A DNA stretch of 63,324 bases, counting the filler, from Basidiobolus ranarum (lineage: Eukaryota): assembly GCA_040143965.1 (NCBI GenBank). It is 35 parts of 35 records of this genome, joined end to end, with 100 filler letters (N's around TTAATTAATTAA, not from the genome) between each part and the next. Parts side by side here need not be neighbours in the genome. Positions count along the whole stretch, not along the records: positions 23,624 to 25,337 come from JASJQH010004495.1; positions 25,438 to 27,150 come from JASJQH010004496.1; positions 27,251 to 28,963 come from JASJQH010004497.1; positions 29,064 to 30,775 come from JASJQH010004498.1; positions 30,876 to 32,586 come from JASJQH010004499.1; positions 32,687 to 34,397 come from JASJQH010004500.1; positions 34,498 to 36,208 come from JASJQH010004501.1; 28 more parts are not named here. One strand, given 5' to 3'. Made by a program: the position numbers and the translations under genes. A model generated the notes under the pieces. That model was not told the DNA's origin. It was given only the letters and a program-made list of their open reading frames with translations, and made no database searches. Shown piece after piece: positions 24,030 through 36,308 of the stretch (positions within the stretch are counted from its first letter, which is position 1; the number at the start of each line of letters is the position of its first letter).

Positions 24030-24645
24030 ACAGAGTTTGAAGCAACCACATTAGTCAATCACAAACCTCAAGGTAGATGGTATGTTACAAAATGTTCTGC
24101 CATGCTACAGAAGTATATGGCTAGTTGAAAAGGCAATGCTTCTACCTTAATTAAAGAAGCAATAACTGCCAACCATAAATCTCAAGGTAGATCATTTGCT
24201 CCTACACATTGTGCCATGTTATCATGGCCAGTAGGATGAGACAAAGCTTCTACTGTGGTGAAAAGGCAATAACTACCAAACACAAACCTCAAGGCAGATG
24301 ACTTTCCCCATCATGACCTGCCATGTGCCTGCAGCCACAACAAGTTGAGGGAGATGAATCCTCTGCTAAAGTAGATGTGACAATAACTGCAAAGATCAGA
24401 CCTCAAGCTAGACAACTTGCTCCAACATGTATTGCAATGCAAGAGTAGCCACAACCAGTCAAAAGAGATGCTTATTCTACTTTGGTTGAAGAAGCAATAG
24501 CTGTCAAACATGAGCCACAAGGGAGACAACTCTTTCCAAAATGTTTCATCATATTACAATGGCCATGGCCAGCCAAAATAGATGAAACCTCTACCGGGGC
24601 TAAACAATGAATAACCATTGAGCACAAACTGCAAGAGAGAAGTTC
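24030..24645 (+). repeat. Degenerate 114-bp tandem repeat, ~5.5 units (38-codon repeat, pseudogenised)
   Basis: Core CTCAAGG-like motif at 24067, 24181, 24288, 24402, 24516, 24630 (spacing 114, 107, 114, 114, 114). Confidence 0.8.
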
Positions 24646-25121
24646 TGGGTTGATGCCTAGAACTGTACTGTTTATGTTTTAGAGTGTAAACAGCTAAGAT
24701 AACTACATGATCATAAGGGTGTTGTGATGTGGCCAAAGGGTGCAATACCATGGTTGAATAACTCTGCAATGTACTGCAATACAGGCCAGACTTGTGCCCC
24801 TTTGGCCTTTATAAAATAGGAATGAAGCCTCTAAAAATGCTTAAGGAATGGTAAACTACAATGTAATGTCCGGCTTTCTGTTAAGTGATATGCTAACATC
24901 TGACAAAAGAATATACTAGCTTCAATGTCCTTGGCAAATGATCAGATTGAAAGAGCATATCCAACCAAGAACAACTGTAATATTGGCTGGCAGGGCCTTG
25001 CATGAGGATGCACTAGTAGTTATTTATTGAAGGATATGAAAAAGTTCCTCTTTATGAAGACAAAGTTAGGGATGAATATATACAATATCAGTAAATATAA
25101 CAATTACCTGTCAGCACTATC

Positions 25122-25337
25122 CCCTAACAGAAATTTGAGGATTATTATTGTAGGAGAACCATCACAAGTTTAATCCATTTGGGATTGACTGTTTATTTAC
25201 CATCATAAAATTGTCAAGTTAGATTGGATTTTAATCAATTTTTTCAGTTTCAGGAGTGAAATTTCAAGATCTTGCAAAATAGTTGCAAATGATTGGCTAA
25301 AATCTCAGACAACTATGGATCAACACATGTGTGAGAA
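25122..25337 (-). mobile_element. CMC element terminus A (opposite orientation)
   Basis: Begins CCCTAACAGAAATTTGAGG. Confidence 0.9.
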
Positions 25338-25437
25338 NNNNNNNNNNNNNNNNNNNNNNNNNNNNNNNNNNNNNNNNNNNNTTAATTAATTAANNNNNNN
25401 NNNNNNNNNNNNNNNNNNNNNNNNNNNNNNNNNNNNN

Positions 25438-25748
25438 AGCTCTCAGGAACACCGAAAGAAATCTATCAGTCCAATTCAAGATGCTGAATTAGGTGAACTT
25501 ATATATTTTTTGGGCCTGCAGATCCATACAGATATATTGAGCAAATCTGTTTCTCTGAATCAGTCTAAGTACATCTCAGAAATTCTCAGATATTACACAA
25601 TGGAGAAGTGTAAGCTAGTAGCAGCTCCCATAGATCCAGGTTTAAACTAGTCAAAAATCCCTTCAAAAATGATAAAAATTGGCCAAATATGGCTCAAAAT
25701 ATAGCATTTGAAAGCCCTGAATTCCCTTATAAGTCTATGGTAGGTAGT
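25438..25748 (+). pseudogene. Copia RT fragment
   Basis: FLGLQI...SLNQSKYISEIL...PYKSMVGS. Confidence 0.8.
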
Positions 25749-27040
25749 TCAGGAGTGAAACTTCAAGATCTTACCAAATAGTTGCACATAATTAGCTACA
25801 ATCCCAGCAAACTATGGATCAATGCATGTGGGAAAAACTTAACTCAAATTTTACACATACACAACTTGAATGCTAATTTGTCACCTTCAAAATTCCTAGT
25901 TTTGTTGATATGTTCTCCTGAATATTTTTATAGAGTTCTTCATACCCAAGGTTTAGTGCATATCCAACATGAGTTTGTATCAATATCTTCATTAAAGTTC
26001 ACCATTGTATCAACATTGCTGAATCAACTTTCTTCCAACTATCTGGCAGATACCCTGCAACATTGTGCCACTATGTATTAAGTTCTTCCCAGATATCTGC
26101 ACTTTCAACACCAGACAGAATGTCAAGTTGAATGTTTTTCTTCTGAAGCCACTTTCTGCATACTTGCACTGCATTTTTCCCTTCATACTTTTGAAAATAC
26201 ATCTCAAGCACTTTGACTATTTTTATATGTCCTTGTAGAGTGACACTACTGAGGGTGCTTTGTGGTGTTTGTGTGGCTTTTTGCTTGCCTTTAAGTTTGG
26301 GGCTAATTTCAACACTTTGAAAAGTACCAGTTGAGGATTGAGAGCTCTTAGTCTTATTTGCTAGTGTTTTGTCTTGTTGAGAAATGCCAAGTGTTGGATA
26401 AACTTCTAAATTTAGCACTCTTCCAACTGGTGTACCTTGATCCATGGTGAAAAATAAGCTTTCTTGCCAGTATATCTGACTTTGGAAATGCAGATGTTTG
26501 TAATGGTGTGAAAAATTTGGTAAGTGGGACAGTAGAGCCTAAACTCATTGTCTCCTTTACTTTTCCCTTGGTTTACTAACTACCTGCTCCTTGAGTACTA
26601 TTTTAGCTACTTTACTTTCTTTTCAAGTTGATAATGTGTACATATTTGTAATGTTTCGTCAATAGGTCTATAATAGCCTAATTGCCACTTACTTGCAAAA
26701 ACCCAGGATAAGCCACACAAAATAAGTCAAGAACCTTCAGAGTAAAGCCTGGTTGTTGGTTTTTCCTCAATTGGCTCAAATCCAGGTGATTTTGGGCAAG
26801 ATTCTGCAGAGTTTCCTAAATGTTAAATCACTCATCATCACAGCAAGTGATGGCAGCTCTGACATTCAAAGCCTTTTGGTTTGCCAGTTTTCCTATGAGA
26901 TTTCTACTTTCATCTGCCCAAGCAATTTTGAGTCATTGTGTAGGCTCAATGATCCAACATATATTCTGCTTGGCTAGATTGTCATGGTGACATTCATATG
27001 TATAGTGTGGGATTTTTTGAAATCCTCTATCAGTATAGAA
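25749..27040 (-). pseudogene. CMC ORF2, central and C-terminal part
   Basis: Homology to the other ORF2 copies. Confidence 0.8.
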
Positions 27041-27150
27041 TGTCACAATAAGGAACTGGACAAGGACTGGGAACAACAACAAGAGGCTAGAAGGCAGGAG
27101 AGTACTTGGGTGTAGACCACAAGACAAGACAAGACAAGACTGGACAAGGA
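27041..27150 (-). repeat. LTR-D 3' end
   Basis: Reverse complement of ...TTCCTTATTGTGACA. Confidence 0.8.
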
Positions 27151-27250
27151 NNNNNNNNNNNNNNNNNNNNNNNNNNNNNNNNNNNNNNNNNNNNTTAATT
27201 AATTAANNNNNNNNNNNNNNNNNNNNNNNNNNNNNNNNNNNNNNNNNNNN

Positions 27251-27450
27251 ACATCAGTCTTGACAAATGCAAACATTTTGGGCCACCAATAATCCCTGGA
27301 TGCCAACATGTATGATTTGGCAACACCAAAGTGTCCTGCCAGTGGTGAGTCATGTCTTTCCTGCATGATTTTGAGTCTAGAAGTGTGGTCTGGAATGTAA
27401 AGGCACTTCTTATAAAACAAGAGTTCATTGATAATAGAGAAATGGTGGTA
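27251..27450 (-). pseudogene. Ty3/gypsy integrase zinc-binding (H2C2) fragment
   Basis: LYIP...HDSPLAGHFGVAKS...RDYWWPKM. Confidence 0.85.
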
Positions 27451-27452
27451 CA

Positions 27453-28925
27453 ATGTCACAACTGAGCCAAGACCTCTGCTTGAAGTATTGCATTTGTATT
27501 GCACACACCACAGCTTATCATCCACAGGCAAATGGGATGATTGAGAGAGGGCATGGACCCTTAGTGAACTCAATAGTCAAGTCTTGCCAAGGCAAATCAC
27601 AATTTTGGCAACAAAAGCTGCATTTAGCACTATAGGCTGACAGGATTACTACAAAGAGAACAACTGGAATGTCACCATACAGACTTATATATGGACAAGA
27701 ATGCATCCTTCCCATTGAAACTGATGCTACAACTTAGAACACTTTGATCTGGAAGACTGATATGACCACCAAAGAACTTCTCATCAACATGAAAGCCCAA
27801 ATTGATAGACACCTTGTTGATGTAGAAAAGGCTGCTGAAGAACTGAAGAAAGCCATAAATGCTAACAAGGACTAATTTGACAAAACCCATCCCCTCCAAC
27901 CAAAGCCTCTACAAGTTGATGACCTTGTCCTGGAATATGATTCCACTCTTGACAAACAATGGAGCAGGAAGTTTGACAACCAATGGAGAGGCTGTTGTAG
28001 GTAATGGAAGCTGTTACACTGCAGAACCAGATGGAACAGAACTCAGACTACCAGTTGCAGGGAACCAACTAAAGTTATTCAAGACCAGAGGAAACAACTC
28101 AACCTGCTGAGTTTGGTTTTTCACATGAGTTCAAAATTCAGAGAGGGGTGGATATAGTGGGGCAGCATTGCTACCCACTGGCTAGTTGACTGATTTCTAC
28201 TCCAAGCTCATATCATTACTAATGCAAAATTTCTACTTTATTATCCATATTTGACTAACCCATATTTACTAGCCAATCATATCACACCATTAGTATTATC
28301 CCCTATTATTTCAGATTTATCACTATTAACCCACATTAGCCCTATTATTTTCTGGAAAATCTACAATCATCCAGAACATTCCACAAGATTCTTGGAATAC
28401 TTGATGATTGAGTGAGTTTTGACCAAACAAAACTTGATTTTGCCAGAACATTCCATAACTTTGTGGATTATTCTACAACCCTCCAAAACATTCCATGGAT
28501 TACTAATCTTATGATTTATGATTATATCATAATCCCAGATCCCCACCAATAGAATTCTCAGGAACTTTTGGGAGATTCTCATTTGTAAGCATTTCTACCT
28601 TCAGAAAAGTATAAATAGGAGCCATATCTTTTCAAATAAAAATCATCCTGGTTTTCAACTAACAATTACTACTTGTGATCACCTCTTATTTTCATCACCA
28701 CTTATGAGACCTTTGAAGAGGAAGCTCAAGAGAGACTACTAGAGGCAGTTACAGGCTACTGTTTGACTAGAAAGGACTTGACCAGCTCAAAGGAAGTACC
28801 AACAGGTAGGTGTTATATTTCTGATACTTTGTATTTTTTTCCCTTGCTTTGTATGCATAGGCAAGGAACTTTTCACATCCTTGGATAAATCACTACTAGT
28901 GCATCCTTGTTCAAGACCCTGCTGG
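27453..28925 (+). mobile_element. Ty3/gypsy integrase core and C-terminus, PPT and 3' LTR-E (from 28153), interrupted by LTR-C near 28926
   Basis: TTAYHPQANGMIERGH, TGMSPYRLIYGQECILPIE, GNQLKLF; PPT AGAGAGGGGTGGA. Confidence 0.88.
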
Positions 28926-29063
28926 TGTTGAAGTTTATTGTCTTTATCATATTTGTTATCTCTNNNNNNNNNNNNNNNNNNNNNNNNNNNNNNNNNNNNN
29001 NNNNNNNTTAATTAATTAANNNNNNNNNNNNNNNNNNNNNNNNNNNNNNNNNNNNNNNNNNNN

Positions 29064-30269
29064 ATAATGTCGATTCCCCATCTTAAAGTTTTGATGAAAT
29101 CACCCAAATATAGATCATTGCTCCAATACCAAAGTACTCACCATAAAGCTGCTGATATTAACAATACACTTGATGGATCTCACTACCAGATTCTGGAAAG
29201 TCATGGTTTCTTTGAGAACACATATGATCATGCATTTACATTGGCTCTGGATGGTTTTTCACTAAATAACTATACCATTGGAAAGGCTAGTTGGCCAATA
29301 ATTTTAATCAACTTAAATCTTCCTCCTGCTGAACGGTATAAGAGTCCTAAAATTTTGATACTATCCATCATATCTGGACCTAAATCACCAGTGCTTATAG
29401 ATAGCTTCTTGGAACCCTGGATTGTGGAATTTGAATAGTTGTAGATGTTCATATGCACAATGCACTATCCTGCTGTAGATTTTGTCAAATCAATGGAGTC
29501 GACTCAATCAGGCATATGCATTACTACTATTCAAATATAACACTGTACTCCATGATTTCACCATCAAGAGCCCAGCCAGATTTCAACATGCTTACTGATA
29601 TCAATTCACCAAATTGTCAGACCAGCATCAAACTTGGGATTAGTCATAAACCTAAGATTATGTTGCTCAAGGGGATCAGCTGGAGCCAGAGCTTCCCATT
29701 AGGCACTATGCACTTACTATTCAACAACATTCTGATACTACTTATGCAGCCATATAGTGAAAAATTCAATATGACTGAGCCATTTGGGATAGGATCAAAT
29801 TTTGTATTGATTGGGAAAATGCTTGAAAACATCAAGATACCATTGTATCTTGCCAGGACTCCCATTGATATCTACTCATCTAGGCATTGATTGCAATGAA
29901 AAGACTTCAAGTATTTGATTTGTTAAATCAAAGTGGAATCTTGAAAAGATTTCTGCCTGATAAGTAATGACAACTTTGGGAGTTATTTGTGGATATTTTG
30001 AATGCATTCTTATGGCATCAACTCACATTGGCAGATCTCAGGCAAATACAACAACTGTGCCAAGATTTTGCAATTGGATATAAAAACTTTATTAAAGGTT
30101 TAAAGAAGATAGACTGAATCTAAGGTGGTATTCAATACATTCCCTGCTGCATCTTTCACAATACTTTGAGATTGTAGGCCCTTGTACTACATTCTGGGAG
30201 TTTGCAATAAAGTGCACCTGTAGTGAAATGATGCTCCATGTGAAATTGTCATTATTAACATATGCTACT
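29064..30269 (+). pseudogene. CMC/CACTA transposase central region
   Basis: LALDGFS...WPIILINLNLPPAERYK...SGPKSP..DSFLEP. Confidence 0.9.
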
Positions 30270-30775
30270 CCCTAATAAAAAAATCGATTTGATCTGGCTT
30301 GAATTGACCCTCTGAAAGAGCAAAACTGTCAGAGAACCATCATAATATTGGTGGCTTGCATTCTGCCAGGGATTTTGATGGTGTGATGGCAGTTCCTTGC
30401 CAGTTTTTTGACACCATTTGTACATATTAAATATTGATCCTCAAATTGGGCATGCACTATTCAATATCCTGCAATCTTTGCAAAAATCTAATTTTTGATC
30501 CAAGTGTTTAGGGGATTTGGAAGTGTTTTGGACAAGATTTGGATTTGAGAATTAAACTCTTAAGTCTTAATGAATTGAATATGTCCTATTTCTAGTTTAC
30601 TATGAAATAGGACTATTGGACACGCTTACATCATAGCAAACTTGCCTGTTAAGCATGGGTGAAAATTTGAGGTGATTTGGAGAAGTTTTGAGAAAATAGT
30701 GAAAATTGGCAAAAGTGATCTAATTGATATTTCTGTCGATTAGAGCAATAAACACATGGTTTTGAATGACAGAAT
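30270..30775 (-). mobile_element. Nested CMC terminus B (30270-30495) interrupted by LTR-B (30496-30775)
   Basis: CCCTAATAAAAAAATCGATTTG; reverse complement of the LTR-B end. Confidence 0.8.
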
Positions 30776-30875
30776 NNNNNNNNNNNNNNNNNNNNNNNNN
30801 NNNNNNNNNNNNNNNNNNNTTAATTAATTAANNNNNNNNNNNNNNNNNNNNNNNNNNNNNNNNNNNNNNNNNNNN

Positions 30876-31748
30876 CTCTGTTGAGCTTCCTCTTCAAAGG
30901 TCTTGTAAGCAGTGGTGAAAATATAGGGTAATCACAAGTAGTAATTGTTAGTTGAAAACCAGGATGATTTTTATTTGAAAAGATATGGCTCCTATTTATA
31001 CTTTTCTGAAGGTAGATATGATTACTATTGAGAATTTCTGGAAAGTTCCAGAGAATTCTATTGGTGAGGATCTGGGGTTATGATATCATCATAAATCATT
31101 AGAGTAGTAATCCATAAAATGTTCCGGAAGGTTGTAAAATAATCCAGAAAGTCATGGAATGTTCCAGAAAAATCAAGTTTTGATTGGTCAAAACTCAATC
31201 AATCATCAAATATTCCAAAAATCTTGTGGAATGTTTGGAAGATTGTAGAATCTTCCCGAAAATAATAGGGCCAATATGGGTTAATACTGATTAATCTGAT
31301 GTAAGAGGGGATAATACTAATAGTGTGATATGATTGGTTAGGCATGGAAGTCGTGTTCTTTGGAACATTCCATGAAACCTAACCAATCATTTCATCCCAC
31401 ACATAGTGTATTTCCACCAAGACCTTCCATGCATGGTCACCTCATCATCCTTACATGATCCCTTTTGTATTGGTCCTTGCAGTCCCTAACACCCCAACTC
31501 TCAAACTTGCCACAGTATATTCCCTATTTAGTATATTATGTTTCACCTTGCAATATCTATATAAGCCCCCTGTATTCCTTGATCTGACCTCAGTCTGATC
31601 AACAGCAGTTATCAATAAAGATTCTTGCCAAAGTATCTTCCTTGTCTAGTCTTGTCTTGTCTTGTGTTGTGGTCTACACCCAAGTACTCTCCTGCCTTCT
31701 AGCCTCTTGTCATTGTTGCCAGTTCTTGTCCAGTTCCTTATTGTGACA
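30876..31748. repeat. LTR-E (minus, to ~31342) joined to 5'-truncated LTR-D (plus, to 31748)
   Basis: Homology to 28270-28740 and 60387-60792. Confidence 0.8.
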
Positions 31749-31757
31749 GCTAGGACC

Positions 31758-32586
31758 TATTGGGAAAATATGGGCTGTTTGAAGGAACTTTAGAAAAGTG
31801 GAGTTGAGTATAGCTTTGTGAGATATTTATTTATTGTCCAGAACTAAAGCAATTATATATTTTCATAGAAATACAGAAAACTAATGCTGGGTTGTGTTCA
31901 GAACATCTGTGGAAGTAAAATGAGCTATCTTTGGGGCAATTTGGATGAGTTTAAATTTCCAATATGGAATTGCTAATTCTCACATTATTCATATTTATAT
32001 ATAATATATGTTCCAATTTTCAGCTAAGTGGTATTTGACTAAGAAATGTTAACTAACTTATATGTGATATATGGAATAGTTAGGTGTATAAAGATAGAGA
32101 TAACAAGTATGATAAAGACAATAAACGTCAACACTCCCACTCAACTAAATATTCATATATCTTAATCCTAACTTAAATCTTAATTCTTCAAATTTTGGCT
32201 TGGGTAATGGTTTAGTAAGGATGTCAGCAATCATGTCCTCAATTGGACAGTACTCCAGTTAGATGTGCTTATTCTCAATAGCTTCCCTAACAAAGTGAAG
32301 TTGAATTTCAAGGTGCTTACTTCTAGCATGAACTTTGGGATTTTTAGCTAAAGAAATAAAACTTTGATTATCCTTGAAAATTATGGTGGGTGAGCTTTGA
32401 ATAATGCCCAAGTCCTTGAACAGTTTCCTTAACCATATAGCCTCCTTTGCTGTATGTGATGCTGCCATGTATTCTGCTTCAGTTGTTGAAAGTGCTATGG
32501 TGGGTTGTTTCTTGCTATTCCAAGATATGGCTGCTTCACTATAGAGAAAGGTATATCCAGTGATAGATCTTCAGTCATCAATATCA
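31758..32586 (-). mobile_element. Copia-C RNase H, PPT and 3' LTR-C (31758-32133)
   Basis: STTEAEYMAA...RSKHLEIQLHFVRE; PPT TTGAGTGGGAG; TGTTGAC...CCCAATA. Confidence 0.9.
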
Positions 32587-32686
32587 NNNNNNNNNNNNNN
32601 NNNNNNNNNNNNNNNNNNNNNNNNNNNNNNTTAATTAATTAANNNNNNNNNNNNNNNNNNNNNNNNNNNNNNNNNNNNNNNNNNNN

Positions 32687-33325
32687 GGAAAGCTACAAGA
32701 CAGACTTCTTGGTGAGATAGATGGAGATACGCAGTATTATTGCTTTAGCCATGGGGTAATCTATTCAAGCAATGACATATCTACTTGTGGCAGGACACTT
32801 GTTTACTGCAAGTTGGGGATATATTGGCTGAATTCTTTATTGAAATTGGCCAAAATCCAAGAGCTTATTCTCATTCTGAACGGTAACAAGAGTCAGCTAT
32901 TTGCCAAGTGTCAGTGCTATTCAAAATTTCAGATGTTTAGCAATTTTTCCACCGTTAGTTTGCTGGTAAAGCATATTGATGTTGTTGAGTTATGTCTAAT
33001 CAGTCAAATATGTGCATATGTAGAGACTAAACACAACAAGATTCTTGTATTTTTTGATTCTCATTATGGCTGGAATACAAAGCCTAAAATATCTAAATAA
33101 AGGCATGCATATTAATTTGAATTCCTACAGCAGTAAACCCAGTAATTTGCAATTCAAAAATTATATTTTTGCAAAAATTGCTGGATATTGAATAACGCAT
33201 GCCAAATTTGAGGATCAATATTTAAACATGTATGAATACTGCTAAGATACTGTCAAGAAACCACTGTCACACCATCAAAATCCCTGGCAGAATGCAAGCC
33301 AACAATATTGTGATGGTTCTCTGAC
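32687..33325 (+). mobile_element. CMC transposase C-terminus and subterminal B region
   Basis: Homologous to 47166-47800. Confidence 0.8.
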
Positions 33326-34397
33326 TTAATTATCTCACAAAGCTATTCACAACTCCACCTTTCTAAAGTTCCTCCAAACAGCCCATATTTTCCCATTAAG
33401 TTATGAGCCCCATGTTCTAACCTTTATAGCATGACAGAAATCACTGCTACCACTTTTATTAACCCAAGTGTTGAAAAGCTTGATTGAGAACATTACAATT
33501 TCTGGAAGTTCAAGATGCAAATCATGCTGGAAGACAGGGTGTATTGGGATGTAGTCACTGGAGATAAAAAGGAACCTTTGGACCCTTCTTTATTGTAAGC
33601 TTACAAGAAGAGAGACAAGAAGGCCTTCAAAGTCATTAGTCAAAGTTTTAAGGATTCACAACTTGTGAATATTCAATATGCAAAGGGGGGCATCTCTGGG
33701 GACATGTATTTGACACTGAAAAACATGCTATATGTGCCTGGCATAGCAAAAAATTTGTTATCAGTGAGTAAAGCTATATTTGACAGATAAATCTTTAATT
33801 TTGATCAAAATGGCTATACAATCAGGGATCAAGAAGGGAGTTATGTAGCTTCTGGTGCTAAGCAAAATACATAACTTGTGTAAACTTAATTTTATTAGGC
33901 CAATATATCAGCAAGTGAATACTGCCACAGCTGAAGAGATAGACTGGAAAATCTGGCCTAGAAGATTGGCTCATCCAGGAGCTGCAAATGTGAGAAATTT
34001 AATCAAAAACAAGATGGTTTTGGGACTAAATTATGGACTTGTTCCATTGTGCCTAGATTTATTGGACCTTGGATCAACATATTACAGTATATGTGATTAA
34101 AATTGATCATGACAGGGGGTGCTGGATAGTGCCAAGTTGTGCCACATGAATTTTAGAATACTTTATCCAATATGATATATACAGTACAATCTGGCACTAT
34201 CACAGAAAAAAAGTCCTTTGTAATTCCACTGGATCTGGAGCAATGTGAAGGTTGCCTGTATGGTAAGTAACACAGATAGCTGTTTTTGGGCTCTGGAATG
34301 AGCAAAATTGATCAAAAATTGGGCCTGATACACTCAGATCTGTGTGGCTCAATGCAGACAAAATCCTTAGGTGGAAAAAGGTATTTTATGACCTTTA
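33326..34397 (+). mobile_element. Copia-C LTR end, PBS (33399-33410), and gag fused by deletion to protease/integrase
   Basis: AGTTATGAGCCC; YNFWKFKMQIMLED; LYVPGIAKNLLSVS; HSDLCG. Confidence 0.88.
34035..34216 (+). mobile_element. MITE family 1 (182 bp) inserted in copia pre-integrase
   Basis: GGACTTGTTCC...AAAAGTCC; the empty site is visible in the copia copy at ~60820-60850(-). Confidence 0.8.
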
Positions 34398-34497
34398 NNN
34401 NNNNNNNNNNNNNNNNNNNNNNNNNNNNNNNNNNNNNNNNNTTAATTAATTAANNNNNNNNNNNNNNNNNNNNNNNNNNNNNNNNNNNNNNNNNNNN

Positions 34498-35445
34498 CTG
34501 ACCAAAAGACTCTGACTGTCCAAGCTGCCATCACTTGCTCTGATAATGAGTGGTTCAACATTTTGGAAGCTGTGTGGAATCTTGCCCAAAATCACCTTGA
34601 TTAGAGCCAATCATGGAAAAACCAAAAATCAGGCATTACTTTTAAGAGTGCTGAATTTGGAAGTTTATCCAACGCCTGGCACCTCTCAACAAGCCAAAAC
34701 GCCAGCAAATAAAACTCATGGCTCTGCAACCTCAACTGCTACTTTTGAAAGTGTTGAAACTAACCCCAAACTTAAAGGCAAGCCAAATGCCACACAAACG
34801 CCGCAAAGCGCCTGCAGTAGTGTCACATCACAAGGGTGTATAAAAATAGTCAAAGTGCTGGAGAAGTATTTACAAAAGAATAAAGGGAAAAATGCAGTGC
34901 AAGTATGCAAAAAGTAACTTCAGAAAGATGAACAATGAACTTGATATACAGTCTGGTGTTGACCATGCAGATATCTGGGATGAACTTAAGACAGAGTGGC
35001 ATAATATGGCAGGGTGTTTGCCAGATAGTTCAAATAATGTTGATTCTGCAACTTTAATACAATGGTGTGCTTTAATGGAGATATGGATATAAACTACTGT
35101 TGGATATGTGCTAAACTTTGGGTATGAAGAACTCTATAAAAATATTCAGGAGAATTCAGCAAAGAAACTAGGGATGTTGAAGATGACAAATTAGCATTGA
35201 AGTGGTAAATGTGTTAATTTGAGTTATGTTTTTTGCACATGTGTTGATCCATAGTTCTTTGAGATTGTAGCCAAGCATGTGCAACTATTCTGCAAGATCC
35301 TAAAATTTCACTCTTGAGACTGAAAAAATTGCTTAAAATCAAATCTAACTTGACAAATTTACAACAGTTGGTGAATGGTGAATCCAAAATGTATTAGAAT
35401 TGTGATGGTTTTGCTTCAATAACAATCCTCAAATTTCTGTTAGGG
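34498..35445 (+). mobile_element. CMC ORF2 (internal deletion) and terminus A
   Basis: Ends AAATTTCTGTTAGGG. Confidence 0.85.
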
Positions 35446-36208
35446 ATTGTGATAGTTTTCTGATTTTAACCATGCTGAAATACCTGTTGGAGATAGTAAT
35501 CAAAGCAATTTCTGATTCAAATTGATTTCCTTGTTTGGCATAAAGGTATACAACTTCTACTATTGCATTAAGCACTTCAGTTGACTGATCTAAAGCTGAA
35601 GGGGCATCAGGAATGCTATCTTCTTTACTGTTATGGTTTGAATCAATTGGAATGCAAAGTTGAGGAAAAAATTGATTTTTGTCAATATTTAAGGACCTTT
35701 TGGATGAGAATATTTTCTTTTCATGGAATGAAACATCCCTGGACTTGATTACCTTTGAAACTTTGGTAACATAGATTCTGTAGGCATTAGTTTAAGTACA
35801 ATAACTCAGAAGTATACTTTCCTTACTTTTTGGATCAAATTTATACTAATTTTTGTAATAATTTGGACATAAGCAATGCATGCAAAGATTCTCAAATGAT
35901 TTACATCATATCAAACTCCAAACCAAATGAGTTACACAGACTTCTTTAAAGCTCCCATTCTTCAGATACATAGTTGTATCAACAAATTCCAACCAAAAAT
36001 TATCTGATAAGTCTTGTGCATTTATCATAGATCTGGCCATATCTAGTATAGTCCTGGTAGCTCTTTTGGGAACTTCTTTTGTTGAGATGAATTGCAGGCA
36101 GTAGCTTCTTGCTTAATTTCTAAACATTGCAAAAGTGATCAACCAGTGTAGCAATATGTTCTCCACAGCTATTAGTGTATATTTCTTGATTTTAGTTCCA
36201 GCTTCAGT
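35446..36208 (-). pseudogene. Copia integrase C-terminal part, heavily decayed
   Basis: RTILDMARSM, KVIKSRDVSFHE. Confidence 0.8.
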
Positions 36209-36308
36209 NNNNNNNNNNNNNNNNNNNNNNNNNNNNNNNNNNNNNNNNNNNNTTAATTAATTAANNNNNNNNNNNNNNNNNNNNNNNNNNNNNNNNNNNN
36301 NNNNNNNN

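Noticed and set aside
24030-24645. CRISPR-like array
   Set aside because: Whole units are homologous with no unique spacers, the repeats are highly degenerate, the host is eukaryotic and no cas genes are present.
23624-25337. Composite or Pack-type transposon capturing 24004-25121
   Set aside because: Both ends are type A and their element bodies point away from the central segment, so they are two independent insertions rather than one element enclosing cargo.
29064-30269. Neurospora-type RIP
   Set aside because: CpA/TpG remain abundant while CpG is lost. CpG-context mutation fits better, though a CpG-biased RIP-like process cannot be excluded by eye.
32687-32797. 111 bp identical to 47166-47276, followed by clear divergence (apparent gene conversion)
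   Set aside because: Both copies begin exactly at a contig start, which is typical of a shared assembly-graph node.
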